In this document: positions 1 through 10,382 of the stretch, piece after piece
How the letters are laid out: each line of letters starts with the position of its first letter
Numbering within the stretch: the stretch's first letter is position 1
Assembly (NCBI RefSeq): GCF_964204645.1
Contig: NC_134034.1
Location: 7,290,914 to 7,354,913, forward strand
DNA length: 64,000 bases
Reading direction: 5' to 3'
Source: Tubulanus polymorphus
Taxonomy: Eukaryota > Animalia > Nemertea
Translations under genes and position numbers: made by a program
The notes under the pieces: model-generated
What the model was told of the DNA's origin: nothing
The model's input: only the letters and a program-made list of their open reading frames with translations
The model's database searches: none

Positions 1-520
1 TGCTAAACCAAGGAAAGATCGAGTCTCTGTGACGTTCTTAGGAGTGGGCCAATTCTGGATTATTTCGATTTTGCTTTCTGAACATGATATACCATCAGCG
101 GAGATATGGTGTCCAAGAAAATTGACTGACGTTCTAAACAGCTCACATTTCTTAGGTTTTAGTTTTAGGCCAGCCTGTCGCAGACGGTTGAAGACAGTAC
201 GTAGGTTGGTCATCATCCCAAGGAAACTACCAGCATGAACAATAACGTCGTCCAGGTAAACTAGAGCAATTTCTGGGATAAGACTTCTGAATACCTTTTC
301 CATTAGCCTTTGAAACGTGGCACCACTATTCTTCAAGCCCATGGGCATCTTACGGAATTGGTATAGGCCTTTCCCGCCCACAACAAAAGCTGTCTTTTCC
401 TTAGAGTTTTCGTGTACCTTCACCTGCCAGTATCCCGATGCTAGATCAAGGGTGCTGAGGTACTTCACGTCAGCCAGTGATCTGATAGTGTCGTTGATAA
501 TAGGTAAAGGATAACTATCT
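1..520 (-). pseudogene. Gypsy reverse transcriptase segment downstream of a disrupting insertion
   Basis: Minus strand reads DSYPLPIINDTIR...LDLASGYWQV...FRKMPMGLKN...IALVYLDDVIV; continues ORF 654-1904 once the 521-663 insert is removed. Confidence 0.9.
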
Positions 521-663
521 ACATTATTCCTGAAGATGACTATTAGGATATAGTCGAAACGTTGAATAAACTACTATCTCGAAGTTTCATTTTCGGACTT
601 TTTATTATCATTGTGGGATTCTCTCCTCATCGCGTCAACACGGATATTGTGTTTTACCTATCG
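521..663 (+). mobile_element. Penelope-like pLTR/retrozyme-type short insertion
   Basis: 143 bp flanked by 9-bp direct repeat TAACTATCT (512-520, 664-672); contains hammerhead core followed by AATAAA. Confidence 0.75.
524..569 (+). ncRNA. Minimal type I hammerhead ribozyme
   Basis: Stem I TTATTC/GAATAA; core CTGAAGA; stem II GACTAT-taggat-ATAGTC; GAAA; palindromic stem III (AACGTT); cleavage triplet GTT. Confidence 0.85.
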
Positions 664-1904
664 TAACTATCTGCCTTGGTTACAGCATTAACATCACGAT
701 AATCTAAACACAGTCGAATAGTGTTATCCGGCTTACGAACCACGACAATACTGCTGCACCACGGACTATCAGATTCTTCAATCACGCGTGCTTTCAGCAT
801 GTCATCGACTAACTTATTGACTTCTTCTTGTGTTGCTAGGGGCAACCGCCGGAAGCGTTGTTTTGTCGGAACAGCGTTACCTACGTCGATGACGTGTAAA
901 GTCTCTGAGGCCTCTCCAAGATCTAAATTAGAGGAGGCGAAAACGTCCGAAAATTCAGATAGTAGTTGTTTCACATCGTGACATTCATCAGTGGACAGAC
1001 CTTCGCAACTCCGGTGGTACAAATCTTGTAGAAATTCAGGTAATTGGTCGTTTGAATTCGACGTTTTCGATGTACTAGTTTCAGTATATATTTTAGAAAT
1101 TTGTCCGATTACCCCTAAGGGTGTCCCTTTATGAATGATCTTCGGATGCGAGCTAAGGTTCACCATACGAACAGGAATACGACTACTATTTATATTAACG
1201 ACCTCTTTAGCGACGAGTACTTCTGGCCCTAGCCTCCAGTTAATGCTAGATTCTATTAAACCCCATTGTCCAGGTGGTAACGCCGTCTTTACATGACCCG
1301 ATACCACAACTTCAGAATTCGGAGGTAAGACTAATTTCTCATAGTTACGAACGTAGGTAGAGTTCTGTTCGAGATGGCCCGTCGGATTAGAAAAAGCTTG
1401 ATTCCCCCGGCATGTCACAGTGCCGGTACCCGGGTGGATATGGCAGTCATATGCGACAAGAAAATCCATTCCTAGAATAGCATCATCTGTGATGTCAGCG
1501 ACTATCACGTCCCACATTATGTTAGAAGAAACGAGACCCAACGGAACTCTAGCTGTCCCTGCGACATCCAGGGAGCTATTATCAGCAGTATATAAATTAT
1601 ACTTTGTGTCCCTCAAGGTGAGTTTCTTCTTTTCGCTGATTTCAGAAAATAATTTCTTACTCCACACTGTGAAGTGTGCGCCCGTATCTACTAAATACTT
1701 CGTGTCACGGCCGAGAATTCTTGCAGACAGATGTATAGATTCAGGTAAAGCATTCTCATATGAAAGAACCTTGATCTTTCCTGGCTGATTAAATTCGATA
1801 GGTAGGTGAGGATGTGTCTGTCCGGGTGTTACCCCTTCCCTCTCAGGAGTAACGGTATCTAGTTTCCCTGCTTCTTTGTGTAACTCGGCTTGGATTGTTC
1901 CCAT
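654..1904 (-). CDS. Gypsy pol N-terminal part: aspartic protease and start of RT (truncated by insertion)
   Basis: LVDTGA and ILGMDFL protease motifs; VIEESDSPWCSSIVVVRKPDNTIRLCLDYR RT start. Confidence 0.92.
   Translation of the reverse strand: MGTIQAELHKEAGKLDTVTPEREGVTPGQTHPHLPIEFNQPGKIKVLSYENALPESIHLSARILGRDTKYLVDTGAHFTVWSKKLFSEISEKKKLTLRDTKYNLYTADNSSLDVAGTARVPLGLVSSNIMWDVIVADITDDAILGMDFLVAYDCHIHPGTGTVTCRGNQAFSNPTGHLEQNSTYVRNYEKLVLPPNSEVVVSGHVKTALPPGQWGLIESSINWRLGPEVLVAKEVVNINSSRIPVRMVNLSSHPKIIHKGTPLGVIGQISKIYTETSTSKTSNSNDQLPEFLQDLYHRSCEGLSTDECHDVKQLLSEFSDVFASSNLDLGEASETLHVIDVGNAVPTKQRFRRLPLATQEEVNKLVDDMLKARVIEESDSPWCSSIVVVRKPDNTIRLCLDYRDVNAVTKADSYDR
1828..1868 (-). promoter_or_regulatory. 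-1 programmed ribosomal frameshift signal (gag-pol)
   Basis: G GGA AAC heptamer (1862-1868) in phase just before the gag stop; 9-bp stem-loop 8 nt downstream (1828-1853); pol is in the -1 frame. Confidence 0.8.
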
Positions 1905-2908
1905 GGTCTATTGGGAGCTTGTCTTCGACCTCCGAGGTGGGGACAATTGACTCGGATGTGGCCCTGTTGGTCGCAGTTAAAACATCTTCGATTTTCTGCA
2001 GAGGTTGGGTTCTGAGTTTTAATAGCCCGGACGTCAGCGGCCAACCGGGTAACAGCATCCGTCAGTTGTTGGATAGCCCTGGAATCATCAGAGTTCGCGA
2101 GAGGCGTGGAGGTGACCGCGTTTATTTGCGACCTGACGTTCTCATGGTGTCGATTATTTTCCATCGCGTGTATGCTCTCTAATTCGAGCGCATAATTTAC
2201 CAGTGCATCATATGAGCATGTATCCTTCTGATACATCAGAACCCGAGTCTCGACTTCTGGAAGGGCCTCGATAAAATGATTCCGACAGAGGCGTTCCCTC
2301 TGTTTTGGGGTCAAGTCCGGATAGGCTAATCTTCCCATAGAAATGATCGTCTGACCAAGTTCCCTCAGTGACTCGCCTCGTTTACGTCGACGAGATCGTA
2401 ATTCTGCAAGATGAATTTCTGCTCTATGGCTTGGTCCGAATCTACTCTCCAGAGCTGCACATAATTGAAAATAGTTAGTTATTTTATCTCCCATCAGATT
2501 GCAAGCTAATTGTCTGGCAGCACCACGTAGATGAGAAAACAGCATATCAGCTTTAGTTGGCGAGTCCCATCCGTTCAGACGAGACACTGTCTCGAACGTT
2601 AAAAAGTAATCATTCCACGGTTCATCACCATTGTAACACTCAGGTTTTATTTTGCAGGTCAAAATACACGACACTTGACCCGAAACATCAGTGTGGGAAG
2701 ATCGAGACCTGTTCACTTCAACAGGTCGAGGAAACTCATCAACGACTGGAGCATCAGCGGGTCTAGGGGCCCCGGCATCAGGATAGTCTCCAGAACTTCG
2801 GTTTACGAGCTCAGCAGGCAACAAAGCTCTGTCTCCTAGGACCAAACTCTCGGAGCTACGACTCCGCGTCACACTTCGAGACATCCCTCGAGTTTCACGA
2901 CGACTCAT
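1859..2908 (-). CDS. Gypsy gag
   Basis: Retrotransposon capsid-like region (KPECYNG..W..Y...FE) and CFNCDQQGHIRVNC zinc knuckle. Confidence 0.92.
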   Translation of the reverse strand: MSRRETRGMSRSVTRSRSSESLVLGDRALLPAELVNRSSGDYPDAGAPRPADAPVVDEFPRPVEVNRSRSSHTDVSGQVSCILTCKIKPECYNGDEPWNDYFLTFETVSRLNGWDSPTKADMLFSHLRGAARQLACNLMGDKITNYFQLCAALESRFGPSHRAEIHLAELRSRRRKRGESLRELGQTIISMGRLAYPDLTPKQRERLCRNHFIEALPEVETRVLMYQKDTCSYDALVNYALELESIHAMENNRHHENVRSQINAVTSTPLANSDDSRAIQQLTDAVTRLAADVRAIKTQNPTSAENRRCFNCDQQGHIRVNCPHLGGRRQAPNRPWEQSKPSYTKKQGN

Positions 2909-3129
2909 AATTGCGTTAATAGTATTTCCGGACTATACGAAAACCTATCGTATTAGATAAGAGAAACTAGAGTCATTTCACGCGTCACGCAATTTGTATG
3001 TATTTTAGTATAACTAACTAATGCGCCTAATGTTTAAGTGTTATTATATATGGTAATCACTGTCATGGGAAGGGTAAGAGAACCAAAAAAAAAGTGAATT
3101 TAAAAAAAAAAGTCTCTGAAAGCAATCCA

Positions 3130-3143
3130 TCCCACCGCTGCCA
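3130..3143 (-). promoter_or_regulatory. Primer binding site (tRNA-Leu)
   Basis: TGGCAGCGGTGGGA on minus strand, 6 nt inside the LTR end; complementary to tRNA-Leu 3' end. Confidence 0.85.
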
Positions 3144-3149
3144 CGAGTT

Positions 3150-4586
3150 TGTAGCCGGTACGCGTCCGCGATTTAGTGTCATCCTCTGGTAGCGACCGAT
3201 AGGTGTCGTGATCATCAGGTCTCCTCAATAAGCGTGGCTACAGGGTCCGCCTTGGTCCTGTAGTCCCGGGGAGTGGAACTACAAAGGGGAAATCCTCAGA
3301 AAGTTTCCGCCGAAGGGATGGACAGCTTCAGAGACAAAAAGTTTATAGTTCGTAAAAAAGGAATAGGAGAGAAGGGAGCGAGTGTCAGAGGTAAGTCTTA
3401 GCTATTGACCCAATTACACGGACCAGACAGGACAGGTGTCCGCCATGAGGTCTATCGAGTCAGGGCCCTTGACTCGATGTCGGAACCTCACAGTCACCCG
3501 AGCTCCGGCGCATCTTTTCCTCGGGTCCTCACGGTGTAACATCATATCGAGTGCCTCCCTGCACGATCTCCTCGTCCTGGCGTAGTATCTTGCCCCCATC
3601 TATGTGTCTAAAGACACCCCGACACTCGCCACTTCATTAAGAATAAGATTTATAGACCTGGCCTCAAGAAAGTGGATCCTACTTCGTCCAGACGCCACCC
3701 CCCACGACAGTGATAAGGCTTGTATTGAATGATATAGAAAATTATTATTTCAGAAACGAATAACTACTGTATAATTTATATACATTTTTACATATTGCAC
3801 GTGAAGTTTTTATCACAATAATTGAATTTGTACACCTCATTCAAATAAAAAAAAAGGTTAAATAAATGGTTTCAAAAAAAATCATAATCTATCTTTGTTA
3901 TAAATTATTTATAATCTATAAAAGGGCTAGTGCAAGGATCTCTCCTTCCTTGCAAAAATCCACGATTAATGACTCAATGGTCGCCCACGAAGACCCAAAA
4001 TAATGCTCATGGCATAAAAGTAAAAAGGTAAAAGGAAAAAGCCGCCAGGTGTTCCCGATGGATTAAAAATAGGTACATATCGTCGAGTTGACTAACGTCA
4101 GAGCCCGGCCTGACCTGGGTTTCCCCAGGCCAGGAGAGCGCGTGTTATTGTTTACCTCTAATCAATGTAGGTCGAGACGAGAGCGACGTTTGCGCGCGCT
4201 GACCCATTTTTATAGATTCCGCGCAGTGTAACGTCACCGTGCATGGAGGATGACGTCACACAGCACAAAAAACATGGCCGCCGCGCAAAAGCTCCGAGTT
4301 TAAAAGTTTAGACGACTATACAAATAGTAAATCGGGATCTTACATAGTAAAATAAGGTGAGAGCGAAAAGTGATCAACCTAAAGTTTTGATTGTTAAAAG
4401 CTGAAATTAATTATACTACTATATGCAGAGAAAATGAGGTGCACAGAATGTGAAATGAAAGGGGCGAGCTAATTATCGCCCAAAAACATTACAATTAAAA
4501 AAAATGAGGAGGGCTCCGTAGCGGAAAAACAGAAACTATACATTAACGACAACATTTTAAACTATTTAACAGGAATTTCCGCTACA
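3150..4586 (-). repeat. Gypsy 5' LTR (~1.44 kb)
   Basis: TGTAGC...GCTACA inverted termini; adjacent PBS; abrupt switch to Polinton sequence at 4587. Confidence 0.8.
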
Positions 4587-6212
4587 ATATAGAAGATTGG
4601 GAGAATCATCAATTCCGTAAAGCACATAAAGATAAAATTTCTAATAAATTTGAAGCAGAATTTAATGAAAGAAAAAATAATATATTAGAAAAAATAAAAT
4701 AAGAGAAAAAGTTACCAAATAATAAAGAAACACTTGAAAAGTTGGAAAAACAATATAATGAATTAGTAAGAAAAACATTATTGCAAATATTGTAAATTGA
4801 TAATTAAAACAAGTAATTCAAATCTACATAATATAACAATAATAATAATAATAATAATAAATTGTCATTTATATAGCGCAAGGCTCCTTAAGAAATATAA
4901 GTTCAAATGGGCTCCTCTAGAAACTATAAGTAGCTGGCACGGAATAGAACGGTTTTGAGTGTTCGCTGGAATGATTCACAAGACAAAGACATGGGTTCAG
5001 GTATGTCCGCAAGAAGGTTATTCCACAGTCTGGGGGCATATGTGGAGAATGTTCTGCCACCATATGAAGACAAGCAGAAAATAGGAACAACCAGTCTCTC
5101 CTGATTGGCAGAACGTAGAAGTCTGACAGGTACATAGACTTGTAATAATCCGGATAAGTATACGGGAGCCAGGTTATTCAATGCCTTGGACGTTAACAGA
5201 GCGACTTTATACTGGATTCTTGCAGAAACAGGTAGCCAGTGTAGGTCCTTAAGAACTGGGGTGATATGGTCGAATTTGTGTGACCTAGATACCAAACGTG
5301 CAGCTGAATTCTGGAGAACTTGGAGTTTAAGCGTTAAGTCTGCAGATCCAATTAACAAACTGTTGCAATAGTCGATGCGAAATAGGACTAGTGCCTGCAC
5401 ACACCTGATTATCGTCCGCAAATCCATGGCGGCGCATATCATGTGAATTTATTAGCTCACCAAGAGGCATATAAAGGACAATAAAGCATAAAGAAAACGT
5501 AAGAAAATACCAAGAATTTAATGAAGATCTATTACCAAGATATGATAGAAAAAAATGCAATGTATGTATGTGTACTTAAGACAAGAAGATTCTGTGATAT
5601 TTTGTAATGAATGTGGATGGCAAAAAAATTTATGGGGTGATGAAAAAAACTAGAGATATCATTATAGAACCAAAATTAAAATATCTAGATGAATTTCTTA
5701 AGATATTTTCTATCGAAGATCATACACCAAAATATAAGCAATGGCTTGAAAAAATGAAAATGATAGAAAATAAAAATGTCGAAATAACTAAGAAAGATAT
5801 AAAAAAAACAATTATTCCATCAACATGTAACACAAAAGAAAAGAAAATGTATTTATATTAATTATTTAACGATTAATATAAAAAACCTAAATTAACAAAA
5901 GAAGGTATGGAAAATATAAAAGAAACATTCACAAACATATTAAAATATTATGTGGATAATAAAATAACAGATTCAATTAATTATGAATTCTTTTTAAATA
6001 AGATTGTAAATTTTTTAAACATCGATATTATAATTCCATTTGATGAATTAACAAACAAAAACTAACAAAGAGAGCGTGATGAAATGTGGAATAATATAGA
6101 ATTTTATTTAAAATAAAGAAATAGAGAATAATGAAATGGAAGAACCTACAAAAGTAAATGAATATGAAGAAACCAATGGTGATTTCGAGTATGATGATAT
6201 TGATTTTCTGTT
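4587..6212 (+). pseudogene. Polinton family B Zn-finger/VLTF3-like gene, degraded copy
   Basis: Nucleotide homolog of ~51480-52470; interrupted by LINE, stops and frameshifts. Confidence 0.8.
4838..5477 (-). mobile_element. 5'-truncated L2/CR1-group LINE
   Basis: RIDYCNSLL...LQNSAARLV...HITPVLKDLHWLPV RT C-terminus; (TTA)n tail at 4838-4860; ACAATAA direct repeat at 4836-4842 and 5478-5484. Confidence 0.88.
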
Positions 6213-6669
6213 TTAATGGCCATAAGGTAATGTTTTTATTCCATCACCCAAAATATATCTTTTATCGTCGAATTGATTTAAGCTAGTTTTTTCAACTTCA
6301 TTAATGTACATCTCGTGATCTTCTGATCTTAAACAATTCATTTTATGTTTCATTACAATTGAGTTATATAAACACTTTATATAATCTTGAAATTCTATAT
6401 GTTTATCAACCACATGCTTTGTTATTACTTTTAACTGTTTTGCTTCATGATGCTTTTGTTCTAAAACTATATATTGTACTTCTTATCCCAACAAATTCAA
6501 TCATTTCATCGCCCCCTAATTCATCTTTGAATTTACCAGGAATTGTCTTATTATCATTACTAAATAATTCATGATCTTTTGGATAATTGCTAAAATCAAA
6601 ATGATGTTTACATGTTTTTAAGTCTTTTGTTATATCATTTGTCTTGATTTTTAGTATGTACGCATCCGT
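6213..6669 (-). pseudogene. Protein-primed PolB C-terminal extein (family B)
   Basis: TDAYILKIK...DFSNYP...GKFKDE...EFVGIRS..YS...DDKRYIL....TLPYGH; homologous to 23346-24107. Confidence 0.92.
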
Positions 6670-8050
6670 ATTGACTAGGATTAATGGGAACCCAGAATTG
6701 AATGTTCCATCTTCAGTTGATAAATCATAAACATAATCAGTTGGGTTATATATTTCAAATAAATCTCTAACTTCTTCAATTAACTCATTTTCTACATGGC
6801 TTAAATTAAAGCAATTTGGTTTAGATTTAATCAATCCAATATTCATATTAAAACCTAATGAATTGCATAATATATTTAATCCTCATATAGCAACTTTTCC
6901 TTTTTGTGCTAAGGTTATTACTGGAGATCTATAAAAATTTTTAGCACCATCTGCAGCATACAATCCTATAAAATACCATTTTCTTAAATTATATTTTGCA
7001 TTTGATACATAATCTGGCACTATCTTTTCTTTGGTTGAAGTATTACTTTTCACTATTGCATGAATATAGAATTCATCATTATGTTTTATAGCAAAATCTT
7101 TAGGATTATTCACAAGTATTCTATGAACTGTTGATGATTTCATATGATCCACGATTCTAAATGTTTTAAGTGAATAAACTTCTTCACAGTATTTCTTTAT
7201 TCTTTCTAATTATTTCAAATCTTGATTGCATAAATACCAACAATATTTATTACCACTAACACTATTATACACACTTCCTGAACCATCACCCATAAAAAAT
7301 CCTTAGATAAAATATTGTCAGATAAATTAAAATCAGTTGGGTTATATATTTCAAATAAATCTTTAACTTCTTCAATTAACTCATTTTCTACATGGCTTAA
7401 ATTAAAGCAATTTGGTTTAGATTTAATCAATCCAATATTCATATTAAAACCTAATGAATTGCATAATATATTTAATCCTCATATAGCAACTTTTCCTTTT
7501 TGTGCTAAGGTTATTACTGGAGATCTATCAAAATTTTTAGCACCATCTGCAGCATAAAATCCTATAAAACACCATTTTCTTAAATTATATTTTGCATTTA
7601 ATACATAATCTGGCACTATCTTTTCTTTGGTTGAAGTATTACTTTTCACTATTGCATGAATATAGAATTCATCATTATGTTTTATAGCAAAATCTTTAGG
7701 ATTATTCACAAGTATTCTATGAACTGTTGATGATTTCATATGATCCACGATTCTAAATGTTTTAAGTGAATAAACATCTTCAAAGTATTTCTTTATTCTT
7801 TCTAATTATTTCAAATCTCGATTGCATAAATACCAACAATATTTATTACCACTAACACTATTATACACACCTCCTGAACCATCACCCATAAAAAATCCTT
7901 TGATAAAATATTCTTTTTCTTCTAATGTTTCAGGTTCTCTATTATAAATAGTATCAAATGACATTTCATCAAATGACATATGATCCATTCTTGGGTAAAA
8001 TCTTTTATGTAATAATTCATCTCCAATTTTGATATCAGTTGGTTTTATTA
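6670..8050 (-). mobile_element. LAGLIDADG intein in PolB (pseudogenised, N-terminus lost, internally duplicated)
   Basis: C-terminal splice blocks YVYDLSTEDGTFNSGFPLILVN|T; endonuclease motifs GFFMGDG, KIVPDYV.N, IGLYAADG, GLNILCNSLG. Confidence 0.88.
6735..7911. repeat. ~596-bp tandem duplication inside the intein
   Basis: 6735-7313 repeated at 7331-7911 with few mismatches; ORFs 6883-7152 and 7479-7748 near identical. Confidence 0.92.
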
Positions 8051-9390
8051 TGGTCAAAGACCATATAGGGATCGTTGCTGATAAAAATTCACCGAACGAC
8101 ACCCGTAGTATCTCTACTGCCATGGATATAGTCCTATAATGCTGTACCGATATAGAACTGATAATCCAATAAAAAGTTGTCTGTAACGCGTCATTTGCCT
8201 ATATGCTTGATCCTAGCTGAAAAACTGAAAAGCTGAAATAAAAACGATGACATTTCAGGGAATTTCCGAAAAACGCCGAAATTTCAGGGAATTCCCGAAA
8301 AACGCTGAAATCGTGCTAGGTACCGACAATACACGTTTTGAAATGTTTTCGGGGCCGGTGTCCGCTGACGAGTCCTGAACCGTGTTTTATGCTCTACCTT
8401 GGGTTACAGAGACATGCCTTAAGGTCGTCGTCATGTTCGACTTGATCGATTGCGGATTGGCAATTTGGTTGATGTTTGCCTGTGAACGGAATCTTTTGAC
8501 GAGCTAATGCTATACAGTGTGAGTAGGTTCGAATCCCATTTTGTGCTTCGGGCGCAATTTATACCTACTTTGCGGTCTGTTCATAGCGGGTGTACAATCA
8601 TAGCTTCCAACTGTAATTTCCACTCATGCTACGGTTATTGCCGTTGTTTAATTAAACCCCAGAAGTTTGATTTTTGGTTCTGGCCGTGGAGAATAGAATA
8701 CACGGAATTTAGAGAATTGGACCATCTACCGCCACGACTGAACCTCTAAGTGAAGATCGAAACAATACAGTAATACTTTTTCACGTTTGAAATTTATTTT
8801 ATCAATAAGAAAAATGAATAGCAAAAAACAAAAACTTGACAATAATCAAAATAAAAACGATTTACGTTGCTCAAAAGATTAAAAAATTCGATAAATTCGG
8901 ATCACCAGCAGGGGATGGGAAATTTTGTCAATTGAACGAAATGCGAATAATGTGTTTTCGAACTTAAAAACGTTTTTCACTAGCAAAACGTTTTCTGTTT
9001 GATTTAATTTGATTTAATGTTTCTTTGATTTCTTTGATTTAATGTTATTAATTTACAGTAGGCCTACCGGCCCTACACCAAGACGAAATCATTTTAGAAA
9101 GCACCATGGTGCCTTCTAAAGCCTCACGGAAAATTATCGTAATAAATGGATTCCGTATCCTATATTTACAGTGAATCAAGAGGTTTTAAACCTATATCTA
9201 ATGCACATAGAACCAAAGTCAGTGCGACTTATAATAAAAATAAACTATAAATTATCATGTGAGTTATCATTTGACATCAACCGATATCAGTTTTTGTATC
9301 GGCTAAAGCCCAACGCACACGGCAAAACATTTGTTTAGCCGAAACAAAAAACGTTTTTTTCACGAGGAAAAAACGTTTTTTTTCGGTGCT
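8046..9390 (+). mobile_element. Non-coding interspersed repeat(s), possible Helentron-associated element start
   Basis: T-run followed by TGGTC-aaa-GACCA palindrome where the intein is truncated; GC shift; right boundary uncertain. Confidence 0.35.
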
Positions 9391-9393
9391 GTG

Positions 9394-9796
9394 AGTAATA
9401 GGGAATATGTTGTTTCAGATCAAAGGTCGAACGGTCGAGTTCATTAAAAACAAAACATTAAAAGTAATTTAAAACTATAATATATTTTCATAACCGTGTG
9501 CATTTTATATTATAACTAAATATTTATTCTAAGATATCAATAATTTTAAAAGCATATTGTATTAAATCAATTGGTCGCTCCACTTCGCTACCGCTCCGCT
9601 CCGCGACCAATTGATTTATTTACAATAAACACATTCATATAATCAAATATATTCAAATAATAATAATTATTCTATTATTCAACTGAAATACACACGGTTA
9701 TGAAAATATATTATAGTTTTAAATTACTTTTAATATTTGTTATTAATGAACTCGACCATTCAACCTTTAACCTGAAACAACATATTCCCTATTACT
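9394..9796. repeat. Left terminal imperfect palindrome of family A
   Basis: ~115-bp outer inverted arms AGTAATAGGG.../...CCCTATTACT; inner arms AAATCAATTGGTCGC/GCGACCAATTGATTT around a GC-rich CGCT-repeat loop. Confidence 0.85.
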
Positions 9797-9875
9797 CTCA
9801 AAATATTCATATATATGAATAAAATATAAATGAATAACTTCTAAAATCAATTTTAATAAAAAATTTAGTATTAAA

Positions 9876-10127
9876 ATGGAAGCAAATAAGTACTACTGCC
9901 CAACATGTAATATCAATATAGATAAATCCCAAAAAGCAAGACACAATAAAACTAAAACACATTTAGAGAATAAATTGAAATTAGAATATTTACAGTTATA
10001 TTCAGAACAGTTAACAAAGGCAAAGAAATTTATTGAATTATGGAATAATGATCCAAATAATGAACAATACGTTGAGGAATTTGATATCAAGGATCCGATG
10101 TTTATACTAGAACATGATTGTATTTGA
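9876..10127 (+). CDS. Chimeric small ORF: PolB N-terminal Zn finger plus HNH C-terminal tail
   Basis: First 38 aa identical to PolB start at 31384; tail LQLYSEQLTKAKKFIELWN matches end of ORF 11620-12285. Confidence 0.6.
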   Translation: MEANKYYCPTCNINIDKSQKARHNKTKTHLENKLKLEYLQLYSEQLTKAKKFIELWNNDPNNEQYVEEFDIKDPMFILEHDCI

Positions 10128-10210
10128 ACCTATATACATTCCATGTACAGAGCTATGGAATAAATCTATAAATTCACAGCTGTTACAGCCGTTACTATGA
10201 CGCCGAGACA

Positions 10211-10382
10211 TATGAGTCATAATACTGCAAACGCGTAGAACATTCTAGAAGGTGTACCGGAACTCTGAATAGAGATGACATGTCATAATCAGAAACGTGT
10301 AGAATATTCTAGAATAGGCGCGCCGGAACCAGATGACGTGGCATAATCAACGGCGTGTTCATTCTAGAAATCGCCCCGGAAA
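10211..10382 (+). promoter_or_regulatory. Triplicated ~60-bp enhancer-like unit (bZIP site, heat-shock element, ETS core)
   Basis: TGAGTCA/TGACATGTCA/TGACGTGG; aGAAcaTTCtaGAAg 10237-10251, aGAAtaTTCtaGAAt 10301-10315, partial third; CCGGAA ends each unit. Confidence 0.6.

Larger units (their letters stand above)
1..4586 (-). mobile_element. Ty3/Gypsy LTR retrotransposon (5' LTR, PBS, gag, pol; runs off window start)
   Basis: LTR with TG...CA ends, tRNA-Leu PBS, gag with CCHC knuckle, DTG protease, YLDD reverse transcriptase; inserted in a Polinton family B gene. Confidence 0.95.

Noticed and set aside
29-2766. Plus-strand ORFs over the Gypsy element and similar antisense ORFs over viral genes (e.g. 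17537-18028, 15522-15908)
   Set aside because: Shadow ORFs opposite genuine coding strands; no motifs
6670-6720. Hedgehog-type Hint domain of host origin
   Set aside because: Ends in Asn|Thr within PolB motif C and carries LAGLIDADG motifs, which fits an intein rather than a Hog domain
8364-8385. CTGACGAGTCC resembling a hammerhead core start
   Set aside because: No complementary GGAC-GAAA downstream; core incomplete
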